Shown in pieces: positions 11,226 through 23,870 of a stretch of 64,000 nt of DNA. The DNA is from Phoronis australis (taxonomy: Eukaryota; Animalia; Phoronida), in contig NMRA01000086.1 in NCBI GenBank assembly GCA_002633005.1, positions 480,297 through 544,296 of the forward strand. Direction: 5' to 3'. Within the stretch, counting starts at the first letter, position 1; each line of letters begins with the position of its first letter. The position numbers were made by a program, and so were the translations under genes. A model generated the notes under the pieces. That model had not been told where the DNA came from, made no database searches, and was given only the letters and a program-made list of their open reading frames with translations.

Positions 11226-13645
11226 CGCTCAACAAGTGCAAGTTGTAACTTGTGAGAAAATCGTTTTTATACTACTCTTCTGCGGATCGATTTGTAGGAA
11301 GGAACACTACAGGGTCGTCTAAAATGTCTAAACTCTAGTCGCAAATAGCGATTAGAATGCACTTAACGAGTTTTCCATGAAAAAAATCAAGTACCGTAGT
11401 AATTTGCCTTTGAAGGTAAATCAGATTTTCAGGGTGTAACTAATATGAACGCAGAAGATATTGTGCAAGTAATGCTTGAACAAAGTGGTCATTATCGGCA
11501 GATTGACGGTCACCATCGATATACTGGTGACATTTTGCTGTACAGGTTCAGCCGGACGTTTGATCTTATCTCGCATGACCATCGGAGGGTATATGTTTTT
11601 ATTTGTTTTGGTTAGTGCGCCACAGTCTCATCGGGCCTACCAAACCACCGCCATTGTCAACTTTTTGCAGACGTGGCTCCTGCACATGAGCAACCCGTCG
11701 TCATCAAGTCCTACAGCCATTAATAGGGTCGACTCGTGGTTGGGTGTGGACGGACGATCGGAATGGATCCAGTTATAAATTAGCAGCATCCCGGATCACG
11801 CGATTCAATGGGTCGGCCGTATACTTTTGGTCGCAGATTGGATCCGGATAGGCCAAAGCCAAGTAGGGTCCAACACGATTTTCGATCACTGAGATAGGTG
11901 AAACCTCCGATCCGGTTCTCGACGTCCGGGGACTGCTACCGTGGTTGATAATCAGTGCGCGTAGCTGTTTGAATGGAATTACTTACAGTTCAGGTTGACG
12001 TTAATGAGTTAGGAATCATGTATGAATTATTTCATAGCTATACCGATGTGTGTAGCACGTTAATGAGCTCGGGAGCATATCCGGGAAACACTCTCAGTTC
12101 TCTTGTCATCTCTTGTGTAATCTTAATTTTTTCTCGACATTCTCTCATCTAACGATAGCCTAAGGAACCCGTTTTATCAAAGGCTGTAAGTCCTGGCGTC
12201 GTTGGCGCGATATTGCGAACGCAGCTCGGCATTGCGAAAAAAAATGTTGCAATTTTATTAGTATTCAAATTCAACTTCCGCTCTCTCGAGCCACGTCGAT
12301 GCGTGCATCAAAATCAAAGTTAACTTACTACCGTCTTCGCCAAGTCGATTGGATTTAGACCTTTTTATAAAATGGCTTCATAAGAAGTAAAAGTTTATCG
12401 GCATTCGTTTCTGGTGTTATTTTATTGGTATACTACCAGAAACTAAAAAATATAAGATTCTTCATTTTGCTCGTGATGAAAAACTAACTTGTTTCGAAAG
12501 AGAGCTTTCGTTACATTGATTTGCGTTGAGATTCGTTTTACGATTTTTGGGCTAAAATATAGCGGTAAAAGATTCTTTAAATTTTGTTCAATTTGTACTG
12601 ATTCTAGCAGATCCGCTGATTCGATCAGAAACATTTAATTCTCTTGATAAATTAACAACTTAGCGTATGGTACTTTTAATATCAATCATAAATCAATCAA
12701 GACAAAATTAAATAGTAGAATTCCCATGCGTATATGTTATATGTGTCTATGGTGAGTGAAAATTAACGACTTAGTGAGTGACGTATGCGTTGTGTAAAGA
12801 CTGCTTTTATGTCGCGATAAAGGAAATGATTCGATATAAAAACCATATAAAAATGAAAAATCATTACATACTCAAAAACTCATACAGGGCTAATATTTTG
12901 TGCATGTGTTGGGATGCTGGCCCAAAGTACACTGTTGCAATATTTGCACTCAATGACTTTTGGTCACCGAATTATGACCTATTTAGCTTTAATGCCATAT
13001 TTTGCATTCTTTCATGTCAGTAAATTTGCATTCTTGAACGGTAAGAAATCAGATTTAAAAACCTGGTGACAAAGTTTGGCATTGGTGGTCATGAAGACTC
13101 GTATAAGGTTAGTGAGAACATAATTTTTGCAACTCACAGATACAATAATTAAATTTCCAGCTGGGGAGAAAACACCGAGACCACTTTTCCTCGCTGGTCC
13201 CCTACGTGCCTAGCCAGCACGCAGGTATCACGCAGTGTCACGCGCTTTACAATTGATTGGTGTAACCTCAGCAGTCATCATTGATTAACTTTACAACACC
13301 GTGAAAAAATGGCGGACTGTGAACGATTTTTTGCTTTGTCATGCAAGTGGCGTCGCAGCAACTATTTCGTTTCTGCAGTGATGTTTAATAGCCGCTTGCT
13401 TGAATCACATACATGTACAATAAGCACATAACTGGCCGATTTAACCGGTGTACTGTTATTCACACTGTATGAATACACTTTTCCTGAACATGAATTTTAA
13501 GCACCGATTTGTCTGTACCGGCAAATGACCACATTTACCGACTTCAGTCCATCACTCATGCCAGTTTGCGTAAAGCGCTGCCTGTTGAGAATTCGACCAG
13601 TCAATCAGAAACGCCGGTGTACAAAAATTTCCCAAGGAAAATTAA

Positions 13646-15494
13646 AGGAGCATGCCACCCAAAAAACAACCTAATTTGTATCAATTTAGATCGAGTAGTT
13701 CTACTCCATAACGACACGTACGGTTGCGTTACCTGTGGCGGCAGACGGAGGTGTTGAAATTATCCAATGACGTCATCGGTTTCACACGCAGTCTGTTCAG
13801 CAGTTCACAACACGGGTTACTGTAGGCAATTACCATCGCCTCTGTTGGCCCGAACCAGAGGCGATGTAGAGGCTATAGGCGCTCTGTACGCCGGAAGCTT
13901 TTCGGCGAATTATGCCTCGCACCGACTAAACCATCAAAGTCNCATCGGTTTCACACGCAGTCTGTTCAGCAGTTCACAACACGGGTTACTGGTGTCAGCT
14001 TATCGCTTGAAGTCATCGTTTAACACCAATAAATCATAAAAATTCGATGTAAAACCCTTAAAAATACACCGAGTTCTTATAAAAACGTGTTGTTTTATTT
14101 CGCTCATACGGATTTATTGGTATTTGGACACCCCGTAGCCTACAAAGTTCGGCAGGCCAATAAGGTCCGTAGCAGGAGTTTGGGTCTGTTCGGAGATAAA
14201 TTCGAAGAATTCTTCTGTGAATTACAGACAGGAGAACCTAGAACTGTGTTGTTTAGTCTTATGATTTTTGAGTTCTAAACACACAGAACGCTTGTTGTCG
14301 GCCAACCAGGGCTCGGAATCCGATCAGGCCCGTCGCGGCCGGACTGACTCGTTATCCCGGCCAGTGGCTCGGAACCCCGGCCATCAGGCCCGTCGCGGCC
14401 GCCGGGACTGGCACGAACATAAACCAGCTTGAGTTGGAAACTAAACCTCCAGTCAGGAAAAGACTATTATAGTGAGCCAAAGAAATAATGGGAATTAGCC
14501 ACGAAACTGAAAATCTACTTACTTGTCGGGGGCCGCGAAGTCGGGTTCCCCTTCCAAAGACCGCCAGGGCAAGGGTAACAATGATTAGAATAATGTATTT
14601 GTATTTCTGAATAAAGATTCCCCTAATATGTGACCATAGATATAAAATCGAGTTATTGTTTCACAACAGCATTCTGTTAGCAAACACTGAATTAGCATGC
14701 GCTCACACGGCCTCAGTCGGTGCCCGGTCAATTACCTTTATTGCCGGCACCAAAAGCCGGTAACACAGTGGTTTATTCATTACTGGCTTCTCAACATTTG
14801 CACTCACAAATACTGCAAAGGCATTACAAATTGTATCTAATGAGACAGAATTTGTTTCAGTTTTATATAAGCATTGTTTAGGATAAGAATAATTCATTTT
14901 GAAACGGAACGCAGAATAATAAACGTCTACATGGCAACTCGCCCGGCGCCATCCCGACTTAGTCAAGAGCTCATCCGACGAAGACTTCACGGATCGGTTC
15001 GGTAGGTTTCACAGGCTATCAATTCGAACCGGATTTTACATTGATCAAGAAATACTAGAGAGGCGCCGTGAACCATATGCACAGGCAACGGAACGTATGG
15101 ATACTTTTTTGGTAAGCCGGAATTCGTCAAAGAAATCGCAATCCACGAAATGCCGGCCACAGACACGGAGATGTTTCACGGCATCATACTTACTATTAAC
15201 AGCGTACCTTTCATTCTTCACTACCACGATCCACTTCCTAAGCATTTCGGTCTCTCGAGGAAGTCGAAAAAACGATATACCCGCTTTCTTCGCAGCTTCA
15301 TAGTTCGGACAAGCGGGAAGATGCACCGCGATATAGCGGCATTCACTCTGCAGACGAACCACTGACGTCGCTGCGTCGTTTCTCACCTTCCTCACGGGTT
15401 AACGCGACACCTCTCGGCAAGGTGAGATTGACCGTATAAGAGGCGATGTGGATATAGACCGATTAAGACTAATAAAATCGGGTGGCATTCTCCT
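13646..15494 (-). mobile_element. Non-autonomous Kolobok-type element with THAP remnant
   Basis: TTAA on both sides (13642-45, 15495-98). 15-bp TIRs AGGAGCATGCCACCC / GGGTGGCATTCTCCT match at 14/15. Contains an N at 13943. Confidence 0.75.
15045..15345 (-). pseudogene. THAP zinc-finger domain remnant (transposase N-terminus)
   Basis: PACPN...GISFFRLP...RKW...LRVCGRHF: the C2CH THAP signature with conserved P, W and F. The frame breaks afterwards. Confidence 0.8.
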
Positions 15495-17756
15495 TTAACA
15501 CCACTAAATATGCTTTAATCGTTTGAGAAAAAGTAAAATGCACTCATTTCAAGGTTTCTCTTATTTAACTACACAAAAAGTTCAAAGATATTGTAAGCAC
15601 AACACAAAATTGCAATAGCTGATCCTAAAGAGCACTAATCACTTCGTAGTCTCGTATTGTCTTTCTAAAGCTCGCTACCTTTAAATACCTGATTTCTTGC
15701 AGACGTCTTGTTTTTAACCTATTCTTGTAGTTAGATAATTTATGGATTAGATTACATTCTACGGTACTCTGTTCTCAGTATTATTTAACTATTTGATTTT
15801 CCTGTTCATTTTTGCTTCGTTTCTATAGTTTTATTAGCATTGTTTTATGTAACTTGTCTCAAAGATGGTTTTCATAAAAGCAATAAGGCTTTACAATGCA
15901 TTTTTGCAGTATTTGATTGTCCGTTTTATTCTCCGTTTCTTTCTTTTTTTGTTTTAGAATTATTGTTCTCGTGTAACCTGTCTCAAAGGTGGATTTCATA
16001 CAACAACCTCCCTAAAGGCCCTTTCATTCGGCAGTTTTAATTGTAAAATTTCTCTACTTTTGAACCCTCGATGTCAACAGCGGTTACTGTTCTCACAAGC
16101 TTCGGAGTTATCGCAAGGTGGCTGAGTATTTGCTGATCTGACCAAAGGCAGTATGTCGAGAACTCGTTCGGTGTTTTTTGGTGGTGTAAAAAATCAAGCA
16201 AACACAAGAGTAAATTAAAACAGAATGTTATGCCAAAATTATACATATTGGAACGAAATATCAACAAGTGTTAAGCAGACACCGTCCGCTGTTGGCAAAC
16301 GCAGTGATACCTGCCGATAACTTCGGTGGCAACGAAGTTACGTATTCCCTGTCTAGCAAGGCGTCGGCGCTTCACTGTTAAATCAATGTCTTTAGTCCAA
16401 CTTATGCTGTTATTTTGATGCAGTGTGCTTTTGAAGCGAGAGAACGGGTATCACCCATGTACTAAAGAGTTGGTATATTGTGTGTAGATGACTATGTTTT
16501 GTTGCAGCGGACACATTGTTCACTTGGTTGNTAAAACAGAATGTTATGCCAAAATTATACATATTGGAACGAAATATCAACAAGTTTTAAGCAGACACCG
16601 TCCGCTGTTGGCAAACGCAGTGATCCCTGCCGATAACTTCGGTGGCAACGAAGTTACGTATTCCCTGTCTAGCAAGGCGTCGGCGCTTCACTGTTAAATC
16701 AATGTCTTTAGTCCAACTTATACTGTTATTTTGATGCAGTGTGCTTTTGAAGCGAGAGAACGGGTACCACCCATGTACTAAAGAGTTGGTATATTGTGTG
16801 TAGATGACTATGTTTTGTTGCAGCGGACACATTGTTCACTTGGTTGACTATTGAATAAGATGGTCCCAGATAAACACGTTTCAATATTTATGTAGGATTG
16901 TCTGCAAGAAGTGATAGTGCAATTTTGACAGAATTACAACTTTTGAGGACGAGTTCAATAAATCTCGTCATGGAGGTCTATGCTGACAATTTTTGTTATG
17001 GATATAATTGTGAAAATGCTATAATTGTATTTACTTGCTCAACTTGGTTGATGATTGTCCTCGTATGCCATGATTCCGTCACGGCCGAAGAGTTTTCATA
17101 ATGTATTGATATTTTTCAATGACATTTTGACGAACTGGATAACGTTCACGTACAAAATGAAAAAGGCAAATTCTATTTGATTTCAGGATATCCGAGTAAT
17201 TTACTGAAAAAAAAATCATTGAAACAAGGCAACCACGCTGCTGGGTAAGACCAAAGTAGACCAGCAATTTCCATCGACTGAACGTTTTTCCTTGGGCCGC
17301 GCTCTTTAGACCAAATAATGTTAGCTTGTACTTGTGATGAAATTTTTCTTTAGTACTTTACTAGCAATTGAGAAAATTGAGTTGTTTTTTTTTTGTTACA
17401 CTGTGCAGCCAACGGGGCCGGGGCCAGACGTTAAAAGGTGCGGGAAAAGGGAATGTGTGTCCGTGAAGTAAGAGTAAGAAAATCGTGCGTGAGAGAGGAA
17501 TTTTATGCACGGGCAGATTCGAGCCGTGCGGGGGCTGGAAAGGCTTGGAACCATAAAAATACTTCTGCCCGGAGTGCACAAACCCGGTATAAATAAACAC
17601 GGGCTATTTGACACTCCCTGCCAGAAGAGAGCGCTTCTCCCGGGCCTCTCCTTTCCTACTTCGCAGCGCCCTCAAATGGTGAACAATGACATTATGTTCC
17701 ATAATAGTCCGCAAGCGCTGGAGTGCCAGTGAGTGCCAAAGTTGGCAAGTCTCAAG

Positions 17757-20700
17757 ATGACATTTGCGAAACTGAGAGCAAAACTTTCGCACTTACTCTT
17801 TTCGAAAAGAGTGCTCTGTTTCGAAGGCATAGTGCAAGGTGTTTGGATGCAAGGTTTCCTGGTTGCTAGTCGAGAAACTCATTCGGGTCTGGAAGGTGAA
17901 GCTTTGAGGAAACTGATAGGACGTCCGCGTGTTCTTGACTGCCAGCGTCGCCATTTTTCTCTTGACGTGATCGGGACCTCGGGCATAGGTGCCGAAGACA
18001 ACACGTGCATTAAAACCCACGTAAAATTCCAGTACCTGGTAGAAGGTGATAGACGTTTTGGGTAACTTGAATGGAGTTAATTCCCTTAATATTTGCTTAT
18101 GAGTAATTCGAGAGTGCGCGCACCCAACCGAGAAGGCACTAGTCGGATGTAATGGACCCTAACTTATTCCAAATAAATCCACTAAATGTAGGTCTAAATG
18201 AATGATTTTGGTATCGTTGCATTCCTAAGACATCTGGCTATCCGTACAAATTCTTTTCACGACCCTCAATTATTCTAGTCTATAACTACGCCATTCCGAA
18301 CTTGGTCCACTTTAGCCACGCGCATCGTGAAATCGGCAGCCATTTCAGGGAACCTACTATATCTAGCGCCATCTATCGGCGATTTGCTACAACACAAGCT
18401 GTTCCTTTTTCATCAGTCAACATGGACGAGATAACATGACGATGACAGATACGATCGTGAGAGAGACGACGAAGGTGATGACGAGGGCAGACGTACGATG
18501 ATTACTAATAACGATGGCGTTAATAATTGACGAAATCGACCAATGACGTTGACTGATGAAAAAGGAACAGCGCGTGTTGTAGCAAATCGCCTATAGATGG
18601 TGTTAGATATAGTAAGTTCCCTGAAATAGCTGCGGATTTCACGATGCGCGTGGCTAAAGTGGACCGAGTTCGAAATAGCGCAGTTATAGACTAGAGTAAT
18701 TGAGGGTCGTGAAAAGCATTTGTACGGATAGCCAGATGTCTGAGGAATGCAAGGATACCAAAATCATTCATTTAGACCTATATTTAGTGGATTTATTTGG
18801 AATAAGTTAGGGTCCCTGGAATAAAGAGGGGGGGCTCGAATTTTTCGTACGCGGACCTTTTACTGAAAGAAATCAACGAGGGCAATAAAAGACAGGGACT
18901 CTAAGTTCAGGCTCACGAACTGTGCATCCACGTCGACTTCCTGCGGATTTTGTAGACTTTATTGTTTCGTTCACTCAGGCTTTTTGTTTCACTGAGGCGG
19001 ACTCTTGCCCTATTCGCCAAATTGGGGGGGGGGCTCATTTGAACCCCCCTAGATGCACCCATTCAGTTGACAGCAAACCACCATGTCTCTCAATTTGCTT
19101 CTCCCAACCAGTAGGATGTACTAGTGCCCTGTAATACGGTGATGACAATTATATTGCCATCTATTGACCATGTCCATACTACTGCATACCCTTGGTATTG
19201 TACTGATGAAGAGGGACACGTCAAAGACCTCTATAAGCCAGAAGCTTTTTTTCATATGGTAGCTCACCCTGGCTAAATCATCAAAGTTGTGTTGAGCATG
19301 TTTTGTGCACTCTGCTTGAACACCTCTGGTGGCTGTATAAAAAAACTTAGGCAACCGTGATTTCTTTCTGACCAGTTCCTTTACTGATAAAATCATCTTT
19401 GCTGCTCAGCTGTCATTGTGTTCATGGGTAGCGATTCTGGTGGTCAAGTATACATTTGACAAGGTCACTAGTTGGTTGACACTTGGCTGCACTCTTTTAG
19501 TGAAATGGAGAGTTCTTGGTATGTGCCTTTGAGTCACAATGTTAGCTGCAAAAGCAGGTCTGCTCAACAAGGCTATAATGTGAAGTTGGTCTATGAACTG
19601 CACTAACAGTAGCTTAAGCTAATAACCATAAATCATTTCTCTGTTCAAACAGATTGAGCTGAGCCGTTTGATATATTTATAATTGAGCGAGCCATTTGAT
19701 ATATTTATAATTGCTTGGGAAGGTGATAATTGGTACCAATCACCACTCAGATTTCAGAAGACACTCATGGTCTCTCCATGTCTGATGGTCAAAAACACCA
19801 TTGCCAGACGTGCAGTGATGCTTGGCATATTGTATCATTTCAATGTCTGATGGTCAAAAACACCATTGCCAGACGTGCAGTGATGCTTGGCATATTGCAT
19901 CATTTCAGGCGGATTCTAAAACACCATTGCCAGACGTGCAGTGATGCTTGGCATATTGCATCATTTCAGGCGGATTCTAACAAAGTGCAAGTCGAGGAAG
20001 CAGAGGGAACGTGCTGGAATCATTTTGCTTGAAGGTTGGCGACTCATTGCTGATGCATTGAATGCAGGTGGTCAGATGAAAACGCTCTACTTCCACAGTT
20101 TTGAAGCGCTTGAGATGATAACAAATGCTGTGTGTCTATCAGAGGATGTCGAGGTGTACAAGATTCACCCTTCCCACCTTAAGTTGTTGTCTCACCTGCA
20201 AACACCTCCTGGAGTCATAGGTAGCTTTTGTATACTGTCCATCTTGATATTCTGTCTAACTGACTTGGAGCGTGTTTCTTGAAGAATCTATTGTCTTTTG
20301 ACTTGTGGATAAAAATCAGTGTACGGATGGCTTAGCCTGTCAAACGGAAATCTGTTTCAAAGTAAATTTAAAAGTGTTGATATCTATTCCCCTTGCATGC
20401 CTTTAACAATTACTCACAGAAAGATGCAAAGGGTTGTAGACTTGTTTTTTGTATCTTTAACGATAAGAAACCTTGTAAGTCAAAGTGTAAATGGGAAATA
20501 GAGTTGGGAGATAGCTTAGATTGGAAGAAAATATACATATTACCTTAGGAAATTAATACAAAAGGATCCCAACATTAGGTGACTCCAATTTAGAACATTA
20601 CACAGGATTGTTGTGACCAATACTTGGTTAGTCAAAATCCGTGTTCGGGATTCTAATTTATGTTCTTTTTGTAATAAAGCTCTATAGACGCTTTCACACC

Positions 20701-23700
20701 TTTTCTGGGAAATTGCCCCGAGGAAGATTTTTGAGAGGAATTCAGAATTGTCACATTCAGCTTCCCAACTGTTTTTCTAACAAGGTGTTATTCTTGGACT
20801 TTATGAGACACAAGATTTTCTATTAAACATTTTCCTATTACTGTCCAAACAGTACATAAATTTTAGATATAACCAAAATATGCCTAATATTCACAAGTTT
20901 GTTACACCTACCCATAAGTACCACAATGCTGAAAAGTTTATTGAGCATAAAAATTTTGTGTATGTAAGCTTTTCTGGGAAATGGGAAAATTTTCTTGTTC
21001 ACGTTAACTCCACGTAGCAGTTATTTACTTTATACAAGAATGATCTTTCCTGAGGTGTGCATGCGTGTATAAATGGACATTTTTTGTTTGTTTTTATACT
21101 TGTTTATCAATAATAATGCAAAAATATTTGGTCACTAATTAGTTTATGTCTTGGTCTCTGTCCTGGTCGTTGATCACTAGTTGTACAACCCACCAGAGGT
21201 CACAGTCATTGGCAGTCAGTCGTTTCTGGAACTACACTCAGATGGAATTTATATTTCAACTTGAACATGTCTTGAACTGAACAAATTTAGTGAAACTTAT
21301 TGCTGCGAGATTGCTATGACTACAACTCATGTGCCTGTTATCATAGAACATGTATATATTTCAGTGACATTTGATTTCATTTTAGGAAGAAATTCATATT
21401 CCAAAATATGTTAACTTTTTATGATTCTAGTTTTCGAGGTCTTTATTATGTCAGAGGTGGAGCTTAGGGGCGGTATTTTTGCATGTCAAGTTGTCTAGGA
21501 TTTGTTCCATCTCAGTTTGAAGTTGTAGATTTTTGAACCTCTGAAACATGCAGTGTCACTTTGACGTTGTTTATTAACCAGATCTTTGGTCTTCAGGTGT
21601 TTTCAAGCAGCCAAGTCCTGCAAAGCGGTGTGATGCTCTTCCTGTAACTGTAGTGTGTGACAATATTCGTGACCCTGGCAATATGGGCACCCTGTTGAGA
21701 TGTGCTGCTGCTGCAGGCTGTGATCGGGTGCTTACTACTAAAGGTGACGATTCTGTTGTAGAATACTGAAAACGAGAAGCATTCTTTTAGTAACGGTGCG
21801 GTATTAGAGGATCATTGGTCTCCTGGAGGACTAGAGGTCTTCTGGGAGACCACTAATCCTTCAATTGTAAGTGCCACCTAGTGACTTCCTGGAGAACTGT
21901 GTGTACAAGTATAATAAGGAAAAGAAACAATTTACATTGCGGTTTTAAAGAAAACACTGTAACTTATGCACTTAAAAACAAGTGGGAACATACATAAACC
22001 GTAGTAATTCCACATATTATGCAGTCGTTATTTGATAGTGAAATAAACAAATAAACACTGTGCCTTGTTTCATTAAGGTAATGACAATGCTGTGGGGGTT
22101 TTACAGGGATTCCTGTATTGTCCTAAGAAATGTGGATGAGAAGTGTGTGCAAATACCTAGAATTTGCACTATCAGAGATGCAAAATGGAATGACGTTGAA
22201 TATTGTCCAAGGTGACGGCAAAATGATTTTACTTAACGAATGCTTTCATTGTGGTCACCGTGAGGAGTGTCGGCCGAGTAGCCAGACCTCAGTTGTCGGT
22301 GGCCGACATCGGTTGTTCGTCTACCATGATGAGACCATACTCATTTACATAGTAAAAATAGTCTCGTGTAAGATGCAACTTTCATGAGATTGTGATGGTA
22401 ACTGGCTCTCCGATGGTTTCCGGCTCACTGGAGGACTAGGGGGTTGTTTGCAAATTAGTACGTCATTTGCATATTCACCTTTGATGAGACTATACATCTT
22501 GAAGAATCTTGTCATGTTGGAAATAAAATTTTTTGCTGTACAAGAGAAATGATTGAAATTTTTGTTGCAAATGCAAACAATGTTTGACTATAATTGTTTT
22601 TGTGAAATAACTCAACGGAAGAGTAAGACTTAAAAATATTGTGCATGATTCGTACCATGTTTTAATGTTTGTTGTCCGGGAGAACCCTGACAACTGTTGT
22701 CTTGAGAGTCAAGGTTACAACTGTCGTAAATATGTAGGTTGACAAAGATTTGATTATGAATGAAATTGCCTTATTGATTTTGTGTTGAGTAAAGTGCACT
22801 AAAAGGCATTTCATACTAACATCGACGCGTTGATGTTTTGGGGAGTTGCGGTCAGTATAAACGCTTAACTTCGGTTTGGGATCGAAATTAACAGCGCCAG
22901 TTAACTTCGCACTAAACAAGTGGATTTAAGAGTGGAGCATTGATGCTGCGGTGCAGTATGAACGGTCAATTTCGGTCGTATCAAAGTTATCGCCAGGTGC
23001 CACTGTTACCGTCAACAATTACAGGGTAGTGCCGTCGCTAATAGTTGCTTAAATTTTGTTCTAATAATCATCCATCGAATTAAAAATAAGTTTTATGTCA
23101 ATTAGCTAGTGTAAATGTTCCCAAATTGTCACATTAAAAAAATCTTTGCATGGAGCGCTACTTTGATTACTTCGATGACAACAGTGTCACCTACCGTTTA
23201 CTTTGTGAAGTCCGTCAACTACCGAAGCCAGTATGAACAGTTTAGTTAACTTTGCTGTTTATGTCAATGCTCCGCTCAGTATGAAAGGCCTAAAGACAGT
23301 TAATCTGAATTTTTGTTTATGTTAATTTAGAATATCTGTGCTATATGTGTCTCATTAGGATGCACTGATGTGTGGGACTCTAAGGTTCTCCGTGGAGGCT
23401 CGGGAGCTCATTTCCGCATACCTGTCATAGATTGTGTGGGATGGGAGTCAGTTGGTAACTATTTACCTGAGGGCTGTTGTGTTTACCTGGCCGACACACC
23501 TGGTGGTGAGAACTCTGCAGACTTAACAAGACAAGAACAGAGTGTTAATTCTTCGAAATCAGTCGCACCTGCTTCTTGGACTCTTAGCATTCATCAGCCA
23601 GTTGATTACACCCTGGTGAGTTATACAGACACTAAAGCTGTTGCAGTTGTGATTGGAGGAGAAACAGCAGGTGTCAGCGATTCAGCAAGAAAGCTTGCTG

Positions 23701-23822
23701 GAATTCACGGAGGACAAAGTGTGTTTATACCCATGATGGGTGGTGTGAATAGTTTGAACTCTGCATTGGCAGCAGGAATTATTCTGTTTGAGGTCAAGCG
23801 ACAGATGAACTGTAGCGGGTGA
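17757..23822 (+). CDS. MRM3: rRNA methyltransferase 3, mitochondrial (SpoU/TrmH family); exons 17757-18061, 19970-20220, 21597-21743, 23359-23822; ~388 aa
   Basis: All junctions are GT-AG with matching phases (2,1,1), 1167 nt in total. Motifs GDRRF..KSRKQRE..ILLEG.RLI.DAL, DNIRDPGNMGTLLR, W..KVLRGGSGAHF, VIGGET.GVS and SLNSALAAGIILFE. Basic, acid-poor N-terminus fits a mitochondrial presequence. Confidence 0.92.
18154..18815. mobile_element. Fold-back MITE with ~265-bp inverted arms in MRM3 intron 1
   Basis: GGACCCTAACTTATTCCAAATAAATCC... (18154-~18420) is the reverse complement of ~18549-18815, around a ~130-bp spacer rich in GAC/GAT. Confidence 0.85.
19785..19980 (+). repeat. ~61-bp tandem triplication covering the MRM3 exon 2 splice acceptor
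   Basis: aacaccattgccagacgtgcagtgatgcttggcatattg(c/t)atcatttca occurs 3 times. Copies 2 and 3 both continue -ag|gcggattctaa. Confidence 0.9.
20300..21020 (+). mobile_element. Degenerate L1/Tx1-type LINE ORF2 3' end (zf-RVT) in MRM3 intron 2
   Basis: Broken frame KWEIELG..DWKKIY..QFRTLHRIVVTNTWL.KI...SNLCSFCN...TLSHLFW, with stops and frameshifts. Confidence 0.75.
22805..23290. mobile_element. PIF/Harbinger-like MITE in MRM3 intron 3
   Basis: TIRs GGCATTTCATACT / AGTATGAAAGGCC, flanked by AAA and TAA, with internal CAGTATGAAC repeats. Confidence 0.55.
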
Positions 23823-23870
23823 CTGCACTCCAGTTCTATGCTGGGCTAGGTAAGATACTTGTACATGACT

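Noticed and set aside
13774-13991. ~48-bp direct repeat around 13943
   Set aside because: The second copy starts right after an N, so this is probably a contig overlap.
16216-16846. ~315-bp tandem duplication
   Set aside because: The copies are separated by the N at 16532 and are near-identical, as expected for an unmerged contig overlap.
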